Positions 26,698-36,947 of a stretch of DNA of 64,000 nucleotides are shown here, piece after piece. The notes beneath the pieces are model-generated. The model searched no databases. It had not been told where the DNA came from and was given only the letters and a program-made list of their open reading frames with translations. Made by a program: the position numbers and the translations under genes. The number at the start of each line of letters is the position of its first letter. Position 1 is the stretch's first letter. Origin of the DNA: an archaeon (GTDB taxonomy: Archaea; EX4484-52; WAPT01). The stretch is from assembly GCA_029258795.1 (NCBI GenBank), contig JAPDKB010000007.1:192001-256000 (forward strand), given 5' to 3'.

Positions 26698-29154
26698 ATG
26701 CCGGTGCTGAAAAAAATGAGGAAGAAGGACAAAAGCAAGGCATTCATTCTGTGGTTCGACGAGATAAATCACAAGGATGTGCCTCTTGTTGGCGGAAAAA
26801 ACGCGTCTCTTGGAGAGATGTATAGTGAGCTCTCCAAACAGGGTGTGAACGTACCCTACGGATTTGCGATAACTGCTTATGCTTACGACTTCTTTGTGGA
26901 GAGAACAGGAATAAAGGACAAAATCTACGAGCTTCTGGACGGGCTTGACACGAGAAATGTGGAGGATCTCGCAAGAAGGGGTAAGGCCATAAGGGAGCTT
27001 TTCCTTCATGCAGAATTTCCGGAAGAGCTCAAAAAGGAGGTGGTGGATGCTTATCTCAAGCTCAGCCAAAGGTATGGCACGGATGCTGTCGATGTTGCCG
27101 TGAGGAGCTCGGCAACAGCGGAAGATTTGCCGGATGCAAGCTTTGCAGGGCAGCAGGAAACCTATCTAAATGTGGTTGGGGTGGATGCGCTGCTTGACGC
27201 ATGCAAGAAGTGTTTTGCCTCGCTCTTCACCGATAGGGCCATCTCCTACAGGGTGGATAAGGGGTTCGATCACTTCAAGGTTAAGCTTTCCATAGGCGTG
27301 CAGAAGATGGTCAGGAGCGATCTCGGTGCAAGCGGAGTGATGTTCACGCTTGATACGGAAACAGGCTTCAGGAATGTGGTGCTGATAAACGGAAGCTATG
27401 GCTTGGGGGAGTATGTGGTGCAGGGCAAGGTTACGCCGGATCAATTCTACGTTTTCAAGCCCACGGTGGAGAAGGGTTACAGGCCAATTATTTCCAAAAA
27501 GCTCGGCGACAAGCGGGTTAAGCTGGTTTATGCTGAAGGTGGCGGAACAAGAGAGGAAGAGGTTAGCGAGGAGGAAAGAAAGCGATTCTGTCTGAGTGAT
27601 GATGAGATCCTGCAGCTTGCGAGATGGGGTGTGATAATCGAAAAGCATTATTCTAAAAAGCTCGGCAGGGCGCAGCCGATGGACATAGAGTGGGCCAAAG
27701 ATGGCATTACAGGAGAATTATTTATAGTGCAGGCAAGGCCGGAGACCGTGCACTCGCAGAAGGACGTGAACGTGATAGAATATTATCATCTTGATGAAAG
27801 CGGGAAAGTGCTTGTTGAGGGTCTTGCCGTAGGATCGAAGATAGCCACAGGAAGAGTTCGTGTGATTGAGGATGTAAGCAGGATGCATGAGTTTCAGGAA
27901 GGAGAAATACTTGTGACAGACATAACTGATCCTGACTGGGAGCCGATAATGAAGATCGCCTCAGCCATAGTGACCAACAGAGGTGGAAGAACCAGCCATG
28001 CGGCCATAGTGGCTAGAGAGCTTGGCATTCCGGCCGTGGTTGGTACGGGAATAGCCACGCAGGTGCTCAAGACCGGGCAGGAAGTGACGGTGAGCTGTGC
28101 AGAGGGAGAGAAAGGAAAGGTGTATGAGGGCAAGCTGAAATATGAAGTTAGGCGCATCCATGTGGATAAGATCCCGAACACCCGCACGATGATAACTCTG
28201 AACGTCGGCGAGCCGGAGAAAGCTTTTGCGTATTCCTTTTTGCCGAATGATGGGGTGGGGCTTGCAAGAGAGGAGTTCATAATAAACGACTGGATCAAGA
28301 TTCATCCGAACGCATTGCTGGAATTTGACAGGCTGAGAGAGCTGGGAGCTGATGAGGAAACGATAAGAAAGATTGAAGAGCTGACCGCTGGCTATGAGGA
28401 TAAGAAACAGTACTTTGTGGACAAGCTTGCTGAAGGCATAGGCATGATCGCTGCAGCATTTTATCCGAAAGAGGTCATCGTGCGCTTCTCCGACTTCAAG
28501 AGTAATGAGTATGCAAGGCTTATTGGCGGGCATCTCTTCGAGCCGAAGGAAGAGAACCCCATGCTGGGGTGGAGGGGGGCATCGCGCTACTACTCCGAAA
28601 AGTTCAGATTTGCTTTTGCTCTTGAGTGTAAAGCTATAAAGAAGGTGCGCGACGAATTCGGCCTAAAGAATGTGAGCGTTATGATACCCTTCTGCCGCAC
28701 GGTGTATGAAGCTGAACGTGTAATTCAGGAGCTCAAGCTGAACGGGTTGAAGCGCGGAGAAAATGGCCTGAAAGTTTACGTGATGTGTGAGATTCCATCC
28801 AACGTTGTTCTGGCTGAGAAGTTCTTGGAATACTTTGACGGCTTTTCAATAGGCACGAACGATCTAACACAGCTCACGCTCGGTCTTGACAGGGATTCGG
28901 AGCTCGTCTCCTATCTCTACGATGAGAGGAATGAAGCGGTTAAAAAGCTGGTGGAGATTGCGATAAAGAAAGCTCACAAGATGGGCAAGAAGATCGGGAT
29001 ATGCGGAGATGCTCCATCCACCCATCCCGATTTTGCGAGATTTCTGGTGGACTGCGGCATAGATTACATTTCCGTTAGCCCTGACGTCGTGCTGAAGACG
29101 AGGATGATAGTGGCTAAGGAGGAGAAAACGCTGGGGAAACGGGTTAAGCGTTGA
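26698..29154 (+). CDS. ppsA: Phosphoenolpyruvate synthase (pyruvate, water dikinase)
   Basis: VGGKNASLGEM, VAVRSSATAEDLPDASFAGQQET, QARPET, TSHAAIVARE, ENPMLGWRG, FSIGTNDL; start 26698 or 26716. Confidence 0.97.
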   Translation: MPVLKKMRKKDKSKAFILWFDEINHKDVPLVGGKNASLGEMYSELSKQGVNVPYGFAITAYAYDFFVERTGIKDKIYELLDGLDTRNVEDLARRGKAIRELFLHAEFPEELKKEVVDAYLKLSQRYGTDAVDVAVRSSATAEDLPDASFAGQQETYLNVVGVDALLDACKKCFASLFTDRAISYRVDKGFDHFKVKLSIGVQKMVRSDLGASGVMFTLDTETGFRNVVLINGSYGLGEYVVQGKVTPDQFYVFKPTVEKGYRPIISKKLGDKRVKLVYAEGGGTREEEVSEEERKRFCLSDDEILQLARWGVIIEKHYSKKLGRAQPMDIEWAKDGITGELFIVQARPETVHSQKDVNVIEYYHLDESGKVLVEGLAVGSKIATGRVRVIEDVSRMHEFQEGEILVTDITDPDWEPIMKIASAIVTNRGGRTSHAAIVARELGIPAVVGTGIATQVLKTGQEVTVSCAEGEKGKVYEGKLKYEVRRIHVDKIPNTRTMITLNVGEPEKAFAYSFLPNDGVGLAREEFIINDWIKIHPNALLEFDRLRELGADEETIRKIEELTAGYEDKKQYFVDKLAEGIGMIAAAFYPKEVIVRFSDFKSNEYARLIGGHLFEPKEENPMLGWRGASRYYSEKFRFAFALECKAIKKVRDEFGLKNVSVMIPFCRTVYEAERVIQELKLNGLKRGENGLKVYVMCEIPSNVVLAEKFLEYFDGFSIGTNDLTQLTLGLDRDSELVSYLYDERNEAVKKLVEIAIKKAHKMGKKIGICGDAPSTHPDFARFLVDCGIDYISVSPDVVLKTRMIVAKEEKTLGKRVKR

Positions 29155-29160
29155 GATCTA

Positions 29161-29497
29161 TCACGCCACCACAAAATGATCCTCCTCGCTCCACGGAGGT
29201 ATGCTTATCACGTAAAGTTTGAGTGGTGTGCCGTCCTTGATTTTGTGCTTTATTCCGGGCTTGATGTGTGCCACCATGCCCCCCCTTCAGCTTGAATTCC
29301 CTATCATCGAGAATGAGTGTGCCCTCACCACCAACCACCAGGTAAATTTCCTGTGTGCTGTTGTGGTAATGAAGCTTCGATTCCTTAACTTCCGCATAAG
29401 CAAGCCCAAAACTCCTGAAATCTCCGAGCTCCCAGATTTTCTCGCTGCCGAGATCCACAAAATTCCCATCTTTGTTGTGATACACGCAATCTTTCAT
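29161..29497 (-). pseudogene. Cupin-domain gene frameshifted in a G7 tract
   Basis: First cupin motif (LHYH..TQEIYLVVGGEG) is in the annotated frame; second motif (MVAHIKPGIKHKI...LYVISIPPWSEEDH) is in another frame after the C7 run at 29279-29285. Confidence 0.8.
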
Positions 29498-29591
29498 GAG
29501 AATTAGGAAGATGTTAAAAATTTAATCATTTTTTATTCACACGAGCTAAAAATCGAGTTCAGATCTAACCTGTGGTGCAAGCTGTGAGCGA

Positions 29592-30167
29592 TTACTGTTG
29601 TTTTCTATATTTTAGTTGTTCCATGGTTTCTTTAGCATCTTTAACAACATTCAGACCTTCTTTTATGATAGGTTGGTGTTCTCTGTGAATTTCTTGCCTA
29701 TAAAACAAATCCAACGATCTGTACTGCAATTTCAACCGACCCACGTAACTTTTTAGATCTCTCATCTGAGCATCGCTCAGTTTCTTCCCCCTATTTTCTT
29801 TGATGTATTCCATAACCTTAGATACATTCCGTTTCAAATCTTCATAAGTACGCTGGATATTTTCTGCGTTTTCACCCTTTGGATTGTTCAATTTGCTATG
29901 GACGTATTTAGCCAGCGGTCGTGTTCTTTCTTGTGCTTCTTGAGGCGATAAGGTACCTTCTCCAGCCAGCTTATCGAGTATGCCGTATGCCATCGTTAAA
30001 GTGCCGGAAATTTCATTTAGAGAATACTTCTCCCCCGCACCATACTGCTCACTCGCTCTTTTTTCCTTAGAACTATCTCTATAACTCATAACACCCACGG
30101 CCAGAATCGCTCCGCAAAATGCCAAGCAGTAACTCATGACCATGAGAAGAATATTTATGCCGATCAT
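29592..30167 (-). CDS. Membrane-anchored helical hypothetical protein
   Basis: N-terminal hydrophobic stretch followed by helical charged domain; start ATG 30167 assumed. Confidence 0.55.
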   Translation of the reverse strand: MIGINILLMVMSYCLAFCGAILAVGVMSYRDSSKEKRASEQYGAGEKYSLNEISGTLTMAYGILDKLAGEGTLSPQEAQERTRPLAKYVHSKLNNPKGENAENIQRTYEDLKRNVSKVMEYIKENRGKKLSDAQMRDLKSYVGRLKLQYRSLDLFYRQEIHREHQPIIKEGLNVVKDAKETMEQLKYRKQQ

Positions 30168-30296
30168 ATGCTCGATGCTTAGAACGGGATTGTTTTTATG
30201 AATTTGTTTACTGTAAAATCTACATTTTAACACACAAATTTCTTGGAAAAGGAAGGATTACGCTGAAAAATACTAAAAAGGGAAACAAGAAAAAGT

Positions 30297-30491
30297 TCAG
30301 CTCTCCATCTCTGCTTCCATTTCCTTCTTGCTGGGCTTGTAGCCGTACATCATCAGTATCTTGTTTATCCTCTCAACCTCTTTCCAGTTACCCCTGGCGA
30401 AAGCATCAGCTTTATTCCTGAGCCACTGCTGAATAAGTCTTTTCCTTTCCTCCTCACTAATCTTGACCGGAATAACCTTTTTTCTACCCAT
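30297..30491 (-). CDS. Small basic hypothetical protein
   Basis: GAGGTGA SD before ATG 30491 (MGRKKVIPV...). Confidence 0.55.
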   Translation of the reverse strand: MGRKKVIPVKISEEERKRLIQQWLRNKADAFARGNWKEVERINKILMMYGYKPSKKEMEAEMES

Positions 30492-30537
30492 AACCATCAC
30501 CTCATAAACACTAACTTTTAAAAATTTTACGGAAATT

Positions 30538-30708
30538 TCACTCCATTTCCTTTTGGTATGCTCTAGCCATCTCGATGATGGCCTCGCTTGTTGTGACACG
30601 TTTTCCTCCATTTTTGATCTGCAAATGGGAAATCACGCGGAGGAGCTGAGCATAAGCTTCACACGTTATCTTGAGGGTCTTGTAGTTGTTGTTGGCGTCC
30701 TGACTCAT
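30538..30708 (-). CDS. Ribbon-helix-helix-like small DNA-binding protein (56 aa)
   Basis: MSQDANNNYKTLKITCEAYAQLLRVISHLQIKNGGKRVTTSEAIIEMARAYQKEME: KT+K+..EAY..L...T.SEAI pattern; GGTGGTG SD; not in ORF track. Confidence 0.65.
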   Translation of the reverse strand: MSQDANNNYKTLKITCEAYAQLLRVISHLQIKNGGKRVTTSEAIIEMARAYQKEME

Positions 30709-30721
30709 CACACCACCGGAT

Positions 30722-30760
30722 GAAATTTAGTAAATTTCTTCCCGTTAGTAATTTTAGTAA
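30722..30760. promoter_or_regulatory. Putative operator: palindrome GAAATTTA-G-TAAATTTC plus three TTAGTAA copies
   Basis: Palindrome 30722-30738; TTAGTAA at 30727, 30745, 30754; lies between a TTTAAATA (minus-strand) TATA-like box and the RHH-like gene. Confidence 0.45.
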
Positions 30761-30801
30761 GCAAAGTATTTAAATGTTTCAGCAGTTGCTGAACATCAAT
30801 G

Positions 30802-31038
30802 TTAAGGAATGTAACGATAAGCACTCACTTCTCCTTTTTCACTCTGAACCGGCTCGAATTTTCCCGTGTCTTCGAGCTTGCTCACAACGATTGCGTAGAG
30901 CTCTTTGGGACTCACTCCATGACAAACCTCATTGACATAGTTCTGGATGGTTCTTGCTGGAATCATGCCCTCTTCTTCTCCAAGTGCCAGCAACCTCTCA
31001 ACTATGTAGTTCGCAAGCTCCTCCACATACTCGTCCAT
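30802..31038 (-). CDS. Small acidic hypothetical protein, possibly winged-helix-like
   Basis: 78-aa ORF, TATA-like box upstream. Confidence 0.5.
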   Translation of the reverse strand: MDEYVEELANYIVERLLALGEEEGMIPARTIQNYVNEVCHGVSPKELYAIVVSKLEDTGKFEPVQSEKGEVSAYRYIP

Positions 31039-31150
31039 ATTTTACTACTTAATAGTAACATATTTAAATTGTTGTTCTCCCTACCCTCTTTAATTCGACT
31101 ATCAACGAACTTACAACCAAATTTAAAGCTTCTGAGCGATGTTTTTCATC

Positions 31151-31732
31151 ATGCAGGTAAAGCGTGAGATACGGGTCGTAGGGATTGATGATGCTCCGTT
31201 CAGCTTCAAGAAGGACAAGGAGTGTTTGGTTGTTGGGGTGGTTGTGCGCGGGAAGGAATATCTGGATGGTGTGCTCTCCTGCAGAATAAAAGTTGATGGG
31301 ATGGACGCAACAGAGAAATTTGCGGACATGATCAACTACTCCCATTTCAAGGACCAGCTACGTGCCATCTTTCTGGATGGAATTTCCTATGCTGGATTCA
31401 ACATGGTGAACATAAAGGAGCTCTATGAGATGACAGGCATTCCTGTGATAGTGATAATAAGGAAGATGCCAAACAAGCATGAGTTCATTGAAGCGATGAA
31501 GCGGCTGGATGACTGGGAGGAAAGGGTTAAAGCGGTGGAGGTTGCCGGGGAGATTAAAAAGATGGTCAACAAGAAAGGTACGATCTACTTTCAGCACCAC
31601 GGCTGTGATGAGAAGAAGGCGAGAGAGTTGATAAAGAAGAGCATAAAAAGGGCAGCAATACCGGAATGCTTGAGAATGGCTCATCTTATAGCGAGAGGAA
31701 TCGTGGAAGGGGAGAGCGGGAGAGGAAGGTGA
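31151..31732 (+). CDS. DUF99/UPF0215 endonuclease V-like protein
   Basis: REIRVVGIDDAPF, VDGMDAT, LDGISYAGFNMV, IPECLRMAHLIA. Confidence 0.9.
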   Translation: MQVKREIRVVGIDDAPFSFKKDKECLVVGVVVRGKEYLDGVLSCRIKVDGMDATEKFADMINYSHFKDQLRAIFLDGISYAGFNMVNIKELYEMTGIPVIVIIRKMPNKHEFIEAMKRLDDWEERVKAVEVAGEIKKMVNKKGTIYFQHHGCDEKKARELIKKSIKRAAIPECLRMAHLIARGIVEGESGRGR

Positions 31733-31741
31733 AGGTCTGAG

Positions 31742-32278
31742 TTATTCCTCATTCTTGAAGTAATTCTCCACGATTTTCCTTATTTTGCAGAATTCGAATC
31801 TATTTTTGTATCCAGCTAAGCCCTCTCTGCCATCTATCATACATTCTCCATAGCTGATGCAATTGAGGGGATCGCCACTCACCACAAAATTTTTCGATTC
31901 GGGAGTTTTCTTCACGAAGATTGTACAGGTGTACCTCTTTCTTCTTGTCTTCTGTATTGGATCAACATCAAGATTAACATCTGCTATAGCTTCTGCAGCG
32001 TTGCAGAGACCTTCCAGAAATCTGTTCATCATTCTCTCAACAATCCCTCCATTTTCTCCATGGATCTCTTCCAAATAAACATCCATACTCATACTCTTGG
32101 TCTCGTAACCCTCTCCTTTTTCCTGCAACACACTCTTTCCAACAGGGTTGGCGTATTTGTTTTCTATTTTGCTACGCAGCACAAGATTGCAATAACTTCT
32201 GCATCTCTGCACGTACTCATTCTCTATGATTTCCTTCAGAATTCTGTAAAGATCCTCCTTGCTTACCTCGAGCTTCAT
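31742..32278 (-). CDS. Hypothetical Cys-containing protein
   Basis: 178-aa ORF with coding-like composition. Confidence 0.55.
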   Translation of the reverse strand: MKLEVSKEDLYRILKEIIENEYVQRCRSYCNLVLRSKIENKYANPVGKSVLQEKGEGYETKSMSMDVYLEEIHGENGGIVERMMNRFLEGLCNAAEAIADVNLDVDPIQKTRRKRYTCTIFVKKTPESKNFVVSGDPLNCISYGECMIDGREGLAGYKNRFEFCKIRKIVENYFKNEE

Positions 32279-32329
32279 GAGCGTTATTTCGCATCAAATT
32301 TTAATTTTTCATCGCAAAACTCCGGAAAC

Positions 32330-33649
32330 ATGGAAAGGGAGAAGAGCGAAGCCAGAATTTACGTGGAAACATACGGATGCGCTGTTAACAGGAGCGATGC
32401 GGAGATAATGAAGGGCTTGCTAGTCAAAGCTGGCTTTAAGCTCGTGGATAGCTGGCAAAGTGCTGATGTTGTCATCATCAACACATGTATAGTCAAGCAA
32501 GCGACGATGAGCAGAATGCTTGCCCGTATAAGATTCTTCACCCAAAACTTCAGGCCGGAGAGAGTGGTGGTTGCCGGCTGCATATCCAAACCTTTCGGCA
32601 AGAAGGTAAAGGAAATAAATCCGAGAGCTTCTCTTGTGGGCACTGAAGCGGTAAGTAGGATTGTGGATGCTGTGAGGGCTGTGCTTGAGGGCAAAAGAGT
32701 TGAATTTCTGGAAGGAGAGGACGTTAAGCTCAAAATGCCGCGCGTGAGAAGCAATAAGAACATAGCCATAGTGCAGATAAGTTCTGGATGTCTAGGAGCT
32801 TGCGCTTTCTGCGCTACCAGATTTGCGAGAGGGAAATTAAGGAGCTACCCTCCGGAAGATGTGGTGGAGGATGTGAAGCAGGCCATTGAGCAGGGATGCG
32901 TGGAAATCTGGCTCACCAGTCAGGATAACGGGTGTTACGGCATGGACATAGGCACCAACTTGGCTGAGCTGTTGAAGATGATAACCTCTCAAGTTAGAGG
33001 CAGATACATGATCCGTGTGGGCATGATGAATCCTCACTTCGCAAAGCACATAATTAAAGATTTGATTCAGGCCTATCGCTCCAGAAAGATATACAAGTTC
33101 ATACACGTTCCTGTGCAATCCGGCTCTGACAGAGTGCTGAGAATAATGAAAAGACAACACACTGTACAAGATTTTGTGGATGTTGTGAATGCGTTCCGCA
33201 GAGTTTTTCCCCGCGTTTCCGTGTGGACTGATATCATTGTGGGTCATCCGGGCGAGGAGGAAGATGATTTCCGTAGGACGGTTGAGCTTATGAAAAGGGT
33301 CAAGCTAGATTTTATAAATGTTTCGCGCTTTTCAAGCCACGGCATAACCGAGGCAAGCAAGCTTGTTCAGCCACCAAGTCAGGTGAAGAAGGAGAGAAGC
33401 AGAATTATGACCAAGCTGATGAGACAGCTCTCATATGAGAGAAACAGGGAGTGGGTTGGGTGGAAAGGCGTTGTGCTCGTGACGGATTACGACACGAGCA
33501 AGAAGAACTGGATAGCCCACAACTACGCCTACAAGCAGGTGATCATAAAGGATGAAAATAAGGAGCTTAAGCTGGATGGAAAGTTCGTGAAGGTGAAGAT
33601 TGTGGATGCGGGGCACGCACATCTTGAGGGGGTGATCGTGAATGAGTGA
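32330..33649 (+). CDS. tRNA methylthiotransferase (MtaB/CDKAL1-like radical SAM)
   Basis: ETYGCAVN, INTCIVK, VAGC, CLGACAFC (CxxxCxxC), SQDNGCYG, PVQSGSD, TDIIVGHPGE, TRAM domain; true start ATG 32330. Confidence 0.93.
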   Translation: MEREKSEARIYVETYGCAVNRSDAEIMKGLLVKAGFKLVDSWQSADVVIINTCIVKQATMSRMLARIRFFTQNFRPERVVVAGCISKPFGKKVKEINPRASLVGTEAVSRIVDAVRAVLEGKRVEFLEGEDVKLKMPRVRSNKNIAIVQISSGCLGACAFCATRFARGKLRSYPPEDVVEDVKQAIEQGCVEIWLTSQDNGCYGMDIGTNLAELLKMITSQVRGRYMIRVGMMNPHFAKHIIKDLIQAYRSRKIYKFIHVPVQSGSDRVLRIMKRQHTVQDFVDVVNAFRRVFPRVSVWTDIIVGHPGEEEDDFRRTVELMKRVKLDFINVSRFSSHGITEASKLVQPPSQVKKERSRIMTKLMRQLSYERNREWVGWKGVVLVTDYDTSKKNWIAHNYAYKQVIIKDENKELKLDGKFVKVKIVDAGHAHLEGVIVNE

Positions 33650-34052
33650 GAATTGTGATGGAAAATGTGTCTTCTGCACCATCCTGAAAGAGAGGAGAGA
33701 TGAAATTGTGGTTGAAAACGAGCACTGCTTTGCAATCTTTGACAAATATCCTGCTTCTGCAGGTCACATGCTGGTAGTGCCAAAAAGGCACGTTTCATCC
33801 TTCTTCGAGCTGGATGAAAGGGAGGTTGTGGATGCTTATAACCTCACCAAACGGGTTAAAGCTCTGCTGGACGAGAAATACAGACCGGATGGCTATAACG
33901 TCGGTGTCAACGTTGGTGGCGCAGCAGGCCAGACCATCTGGCATGTGCACATTCACGTCATTCCCCGCTACCTCGAAGATGTTAATAACCCAACTGGTGG
34001 TGTGAGAAACGTGATTCCGGGGAAGGGAGATTATACGAGGCTGCGAGATTAA
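33642..34052 (+). CDS. HIT-family hydrolase
   Basis: CVFC, DKYP..GHMLVVPKRH, GQTIWHVHIHVIPR. Confidence 0.93.
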   Translation: MSENCDGKCVFCTILKERRDEIVVENEHCFAIFDKYPASAGHMLVVPKRHVSSFFELDEREVVDAYNLTKRVKALLDEKYRPDGYNVGVNVGGAAGQTIWHVHIHVIPRYLEDVNNPTGGVRNVIPGKGDYTRLRD

Positions 34053-34984
34053 CTATTGGCTGGCTTAGGCAGATTTTTCACCCATTCATCCAGCTTTTCC
34101 AGCACGCTTCGAGGGGTTTGATTTTGCAGATATTGCACAATATCTTCATCTTCAAGCATCTCCCTGGTTAAGGGCAGGGCAATGCCGTCAACTGTCCTCG
34201 CATCCTTCATGTGCAGCGAGAAGGGACATCTTGCAAGCTTACCGCTTGGTGTCTGGCTCGGATCAACGACTATGCGATCATGTCCCTTCTCGTGCCCACC
34301 AATCACAGGCAGTCCCGTTCTCTCCCGAACCTTTCTGACCCACGGGTTGAGAAGGTTGAAGAGAGAGGGGGTGGTTTTGGAATAGCTCAAATACTTGTCG
34401 TAGAAAGAGTGGTCAAGCTGCCTTTCAGGAAAGATGTAGAGATGGAAGGACGAGCCGGTCCACATCGCAAAAAGTTTAAAATCACCCACAAGCTTCCTGA
34501 AATTTTCATCGCTTTCCACTTCCTCCCACAGGGCAATAGCAACCTTCCTCGCATCTTCCGCTGCTATCCCCTTACCCCTGTCTATATCTATGAAGATCCT
34601 TTCTATCGGCTTGTCCTTGCCCTCGCCGTTTGTGGCATAATAATAATCCGCGAGCTTCCTCGGAGGAAAGTAGCTCCAAGCTTTAGCTTCTGCCTCACTC
34701 AACCTTTCCTTCACCTCTCCTAGGTGCTTCTCCCTCAGCCTCAAGAAATTGATATTGCTTGAGAGAGATGCCATCTCCTCCACACTTAACTTCGGGAGCT
34801 TGGAGCCCCTCTTCAGTATGAGCGGTCCATCAGGTATCCATATTTTGGATGCGAGCTCCTTTCCAGAAAGGAAATTCTCCAGCCGGGTTGAAACCACAGC
34901 ATAATAAGGCAGGACATCCAGAAATCCAAATGGTCTGAGCACATCCTCGCTCTCCAATAAAATTTCAAGCAACTCATCCGTCAT
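34049..34984 (-). CDS. Archaeo-eukaryotic primase superfamily protein (LigD polymerase-like)
   Basis: IFIDIDRG (motif I DxD), TGSSFHLY (motif II), IVVD (motif III), ARCPFSL. Confidence 0.7.
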   Translation of the reverse strand: MTDELLEILLESEDVLRPFGFLDVLPYYAVVSTRLENFLSGKELASKIWIPDGPLILKRGSKLPKLSVEEMASLSSNINFLRLREKHLGEVKERLSEAEAKAWSYFPPRKLADYYYATNGEGKDKPIERIFIDIDRGKGIAAEDARKVAIALWEEVESDENFRKLVGDFKLFAMWTGSSFHLYIFPERQLDHSFYDKYLSYSKTTPSLFNLLNPWVRKVRERTGLPVIGGHEKGHDRIVVDPSQTPSGKLARCPFSLHMKDARTVDGIALPLTREMLEDEDIVQYLQNQTPRSVLEKLDEWVKNLPKPANS

Positions 34985-35020
34985 TACCCATATATTTGTT
35001 TCTATTCAAATTTATGTGTT

Positions 35021-35707
35021 ATGAACACTCAGGCAATGCAGCTTGTGAATGTCTGGAAGATCTACGAGCCCAGCAGCAGAGTAAGAGTTGAAGCGCTGAG
35101 AGGCGTTAACCTGTCCATAAAGCGGGGAGAGATGCTTGCCATAATGGGTCCGAGTGGCTCGGGCAAGAGCACGCTCATGTACATAATGGGGTGTCTGGAC
35201 AGACCCACTAAAGGGAAGGTGCTGATTAAAGGAAAGGATGTGTCAAAGCTGGATGATGATGCTCTCTCCCAAATAAGGCGCGAGTACATCGGCTTCGTGT
35301 TTCAGGCGTACAATCTCATCGCTAACCTTACTGCTCTGGAAAACGTCATGCTGCCGATGGCTTTCAGGGGGGTGGTCGGGGAAGAAGCGGAGAAGAAAGC
35401 GCTCGAGCTGCTCAGAATGGTTGGTATGGAAAAGCGTGCAAACCACAGGCCAAAAGAGCTGAGTGGTGGTGAGCAGCAGCGTGTGGCAATAGCTAGAGCT
35501 CTGGCTAACGATCCGGAAGTGATACTTGCGGATGAACCCACTGGCAACCTTGACAGCAAGAACACAGAGCAGATTATGGAGCTCTTTGAAAAGTTAAATA
35601 AAGAAAAAAACAAAACAATAGTTGTGGTAACACACGATGAAGCATGGGAAGAACATGTTGAAAGGGTGCTGAGAATAAAAGACGGTAAGATAGTTGAGGA
35701 GGTGTGA
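35021..35707 (+). CDS. ABC transporter ATP-binding protein (LolD/MacB type)
   Basis: [34 protein letters not shown]. Confidence 0.95.
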   Translation: MNTQAMQLVNVWKIYEPSSRVRVEALRGVNLSIKRGEMLAIMGPSGSGKSTLMYIMGCLDRPTKGKVLIKGKDVSKLDDDALSQIRREYIGFVFQAYNLIANLTALENVMLPMAFRGVVGEEAEKKALELLRMVGMEKRANHRPKELSGGEQQRVAIARALANDPEVILADEPTGNLDSKNTEQIMELFEKLNKEKNKTIVVVTHDEAWEEHVERVLRIKDGKIVEEV

Positions 35708-35710
35708 AAG

Positions 35711-36937
35711 ATGAGAAATGTGCTTTTAATTTTGGCGTTTATGGGAATGGTGTTGGCTTTTGTTCCATGCTCAGCGGCGCAGAGCAGCGTTGCTCTTGAA
35801 GTTAGCGTGACCAAATACGAGCCATATCCCGCTGTGCCCGGCAACTACGTTGATGTGTGGATAAGTGTGAAAAATGTTGGAATGGCGGCTGCTCCTGATG
35901 CTGAGCTTGAGGTATTGGAAGCGTTTCCCTTCTCGAAGCTTGAAGGTTATGAATACACATGGCATGTTGGTAGGCTCAGTCCGGGGGAAAGCGCGGTTAA
36001 GATGTTCCGGCTGGCTGTTGACAGGAATGCTGTAGCGGGAGCGAACAAGCTGAAGGTTAAGTACACTTCTGACACTTCCTCCGATGTCTGGGTGGTTAAA
36101 GAGTTGGATGTGGAGGTACAGCCCTACCAGTCCTTCATCTCCATCGAGGAGGTTAAGGTGAATGGCACGCCTTATCCCGGCACCACGTCGGAGCTCGTTT
36201 TGAAAGTAAAGAATGGCGCGTCAGCATACCTGAAAAATGTTAGGCTTACTCTCTCTCCCCTTGTGGAGGAAAATGCTAGGATAGTGCCTTTGGGTGCTTC
36301 AACAAAGGTCATTGATGTTATGGCTCCGCTTGAGGAGAAGGAATTGGTTTTCTCCCTTGCAATCGATTCGGGAACAAAAGCAGGGGTGTATGTGCTCCCG
36401 CTTTCCATATCATATTATGATGAAGCAGGCACGATTTACACACAGAACGAGAATGTGGGGGTGGTGGTTAATGGAAAACCTCAGCTCAAGGTGGTGGTTG
36501 AAAGCTCAAACGATTATGTTGTGAGAGGCAGGATAAACGATTTGCGCGTATCCGTCATAAACACTGGCACAGTTGATGCGGAGTTCGTTGAGGTGAGGGT
36601 TGGAAACTCTGAGGATTTCGTGGTTCTCGGAGAGAGCGAAAAGTATATCGGCAGTGTGGAAAGTGACGATAAGGAGACGTTTGTGGTAAATTCCTATGTC
36701 TATCCTAATGCCCATAAGAACATGGTGGTGCCTATCCATCTAGAATACATGGACGTTATGGGCTCAAAATATGTGGAAGATAGGAATGTAGTTGTCAAAA
36801 CCTATTCCATGGAAGAGCTTGTGAAGTATGGTGCCACCAATGAAACCCACTCCAAGTACATATATCTAGTCATCTTTCTCCTCGTGCTCTACTTTGCATG
36901 GAGGAAGGGCTGGCTAACTAAAAAGAAGAGAAAGTGA
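35711..36937 (+). CDS. COG1361-type S-layer-domain protein
   Basis: Signal peptide, [14 protein letters not shown], repeated beta-sandwich modules, C-terminal TM; usual ABC context. Confidence 0.8.
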   Translation: MRNVLLILAFMGMVLAFVPCSAAQSSVALEVSVTKYEPYPAVPGNYVDVWISVKNVGMAAAPDAELEVLEAFPFSKLEGYEYTWHVGRLSPGESAVKMFRLAVDRNAVAGANKLKVKYTSDTSSDVWVVKELDVEVQPYQSFISIEEVKVNGTPYPGTTSELVLKVKNGASAYLKNVRLTLSPLVEENARIVPLGASTKVIDVMAPLEEKELVFSLAIDSGTKAGVYVLPLSISYYDEAGTIYTQNENVGVVVNGKPQLKVVVESSNDYVVRGRINDLRVSVINTGTVDAEFVEVRVGNSEDFVVLGESEKYIGSVESDDKETFVVNSYVYPNAHKNMVVPIHLEYMDVMGSKYVEDRNVVVKTYSMEELVKYGATNETHSKYIYLVIFLLVLYFAWRKGWLTKKKRK

Positions 36938-36947
36938 TGATAACAAA

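Noticed and set aside
32060-32329. 90-aa N-terminal extension of the methylthiotransferase ORF
   Set aside because: Overlaps the 31742-32278 gene; family similarity starts at ATG 32330.
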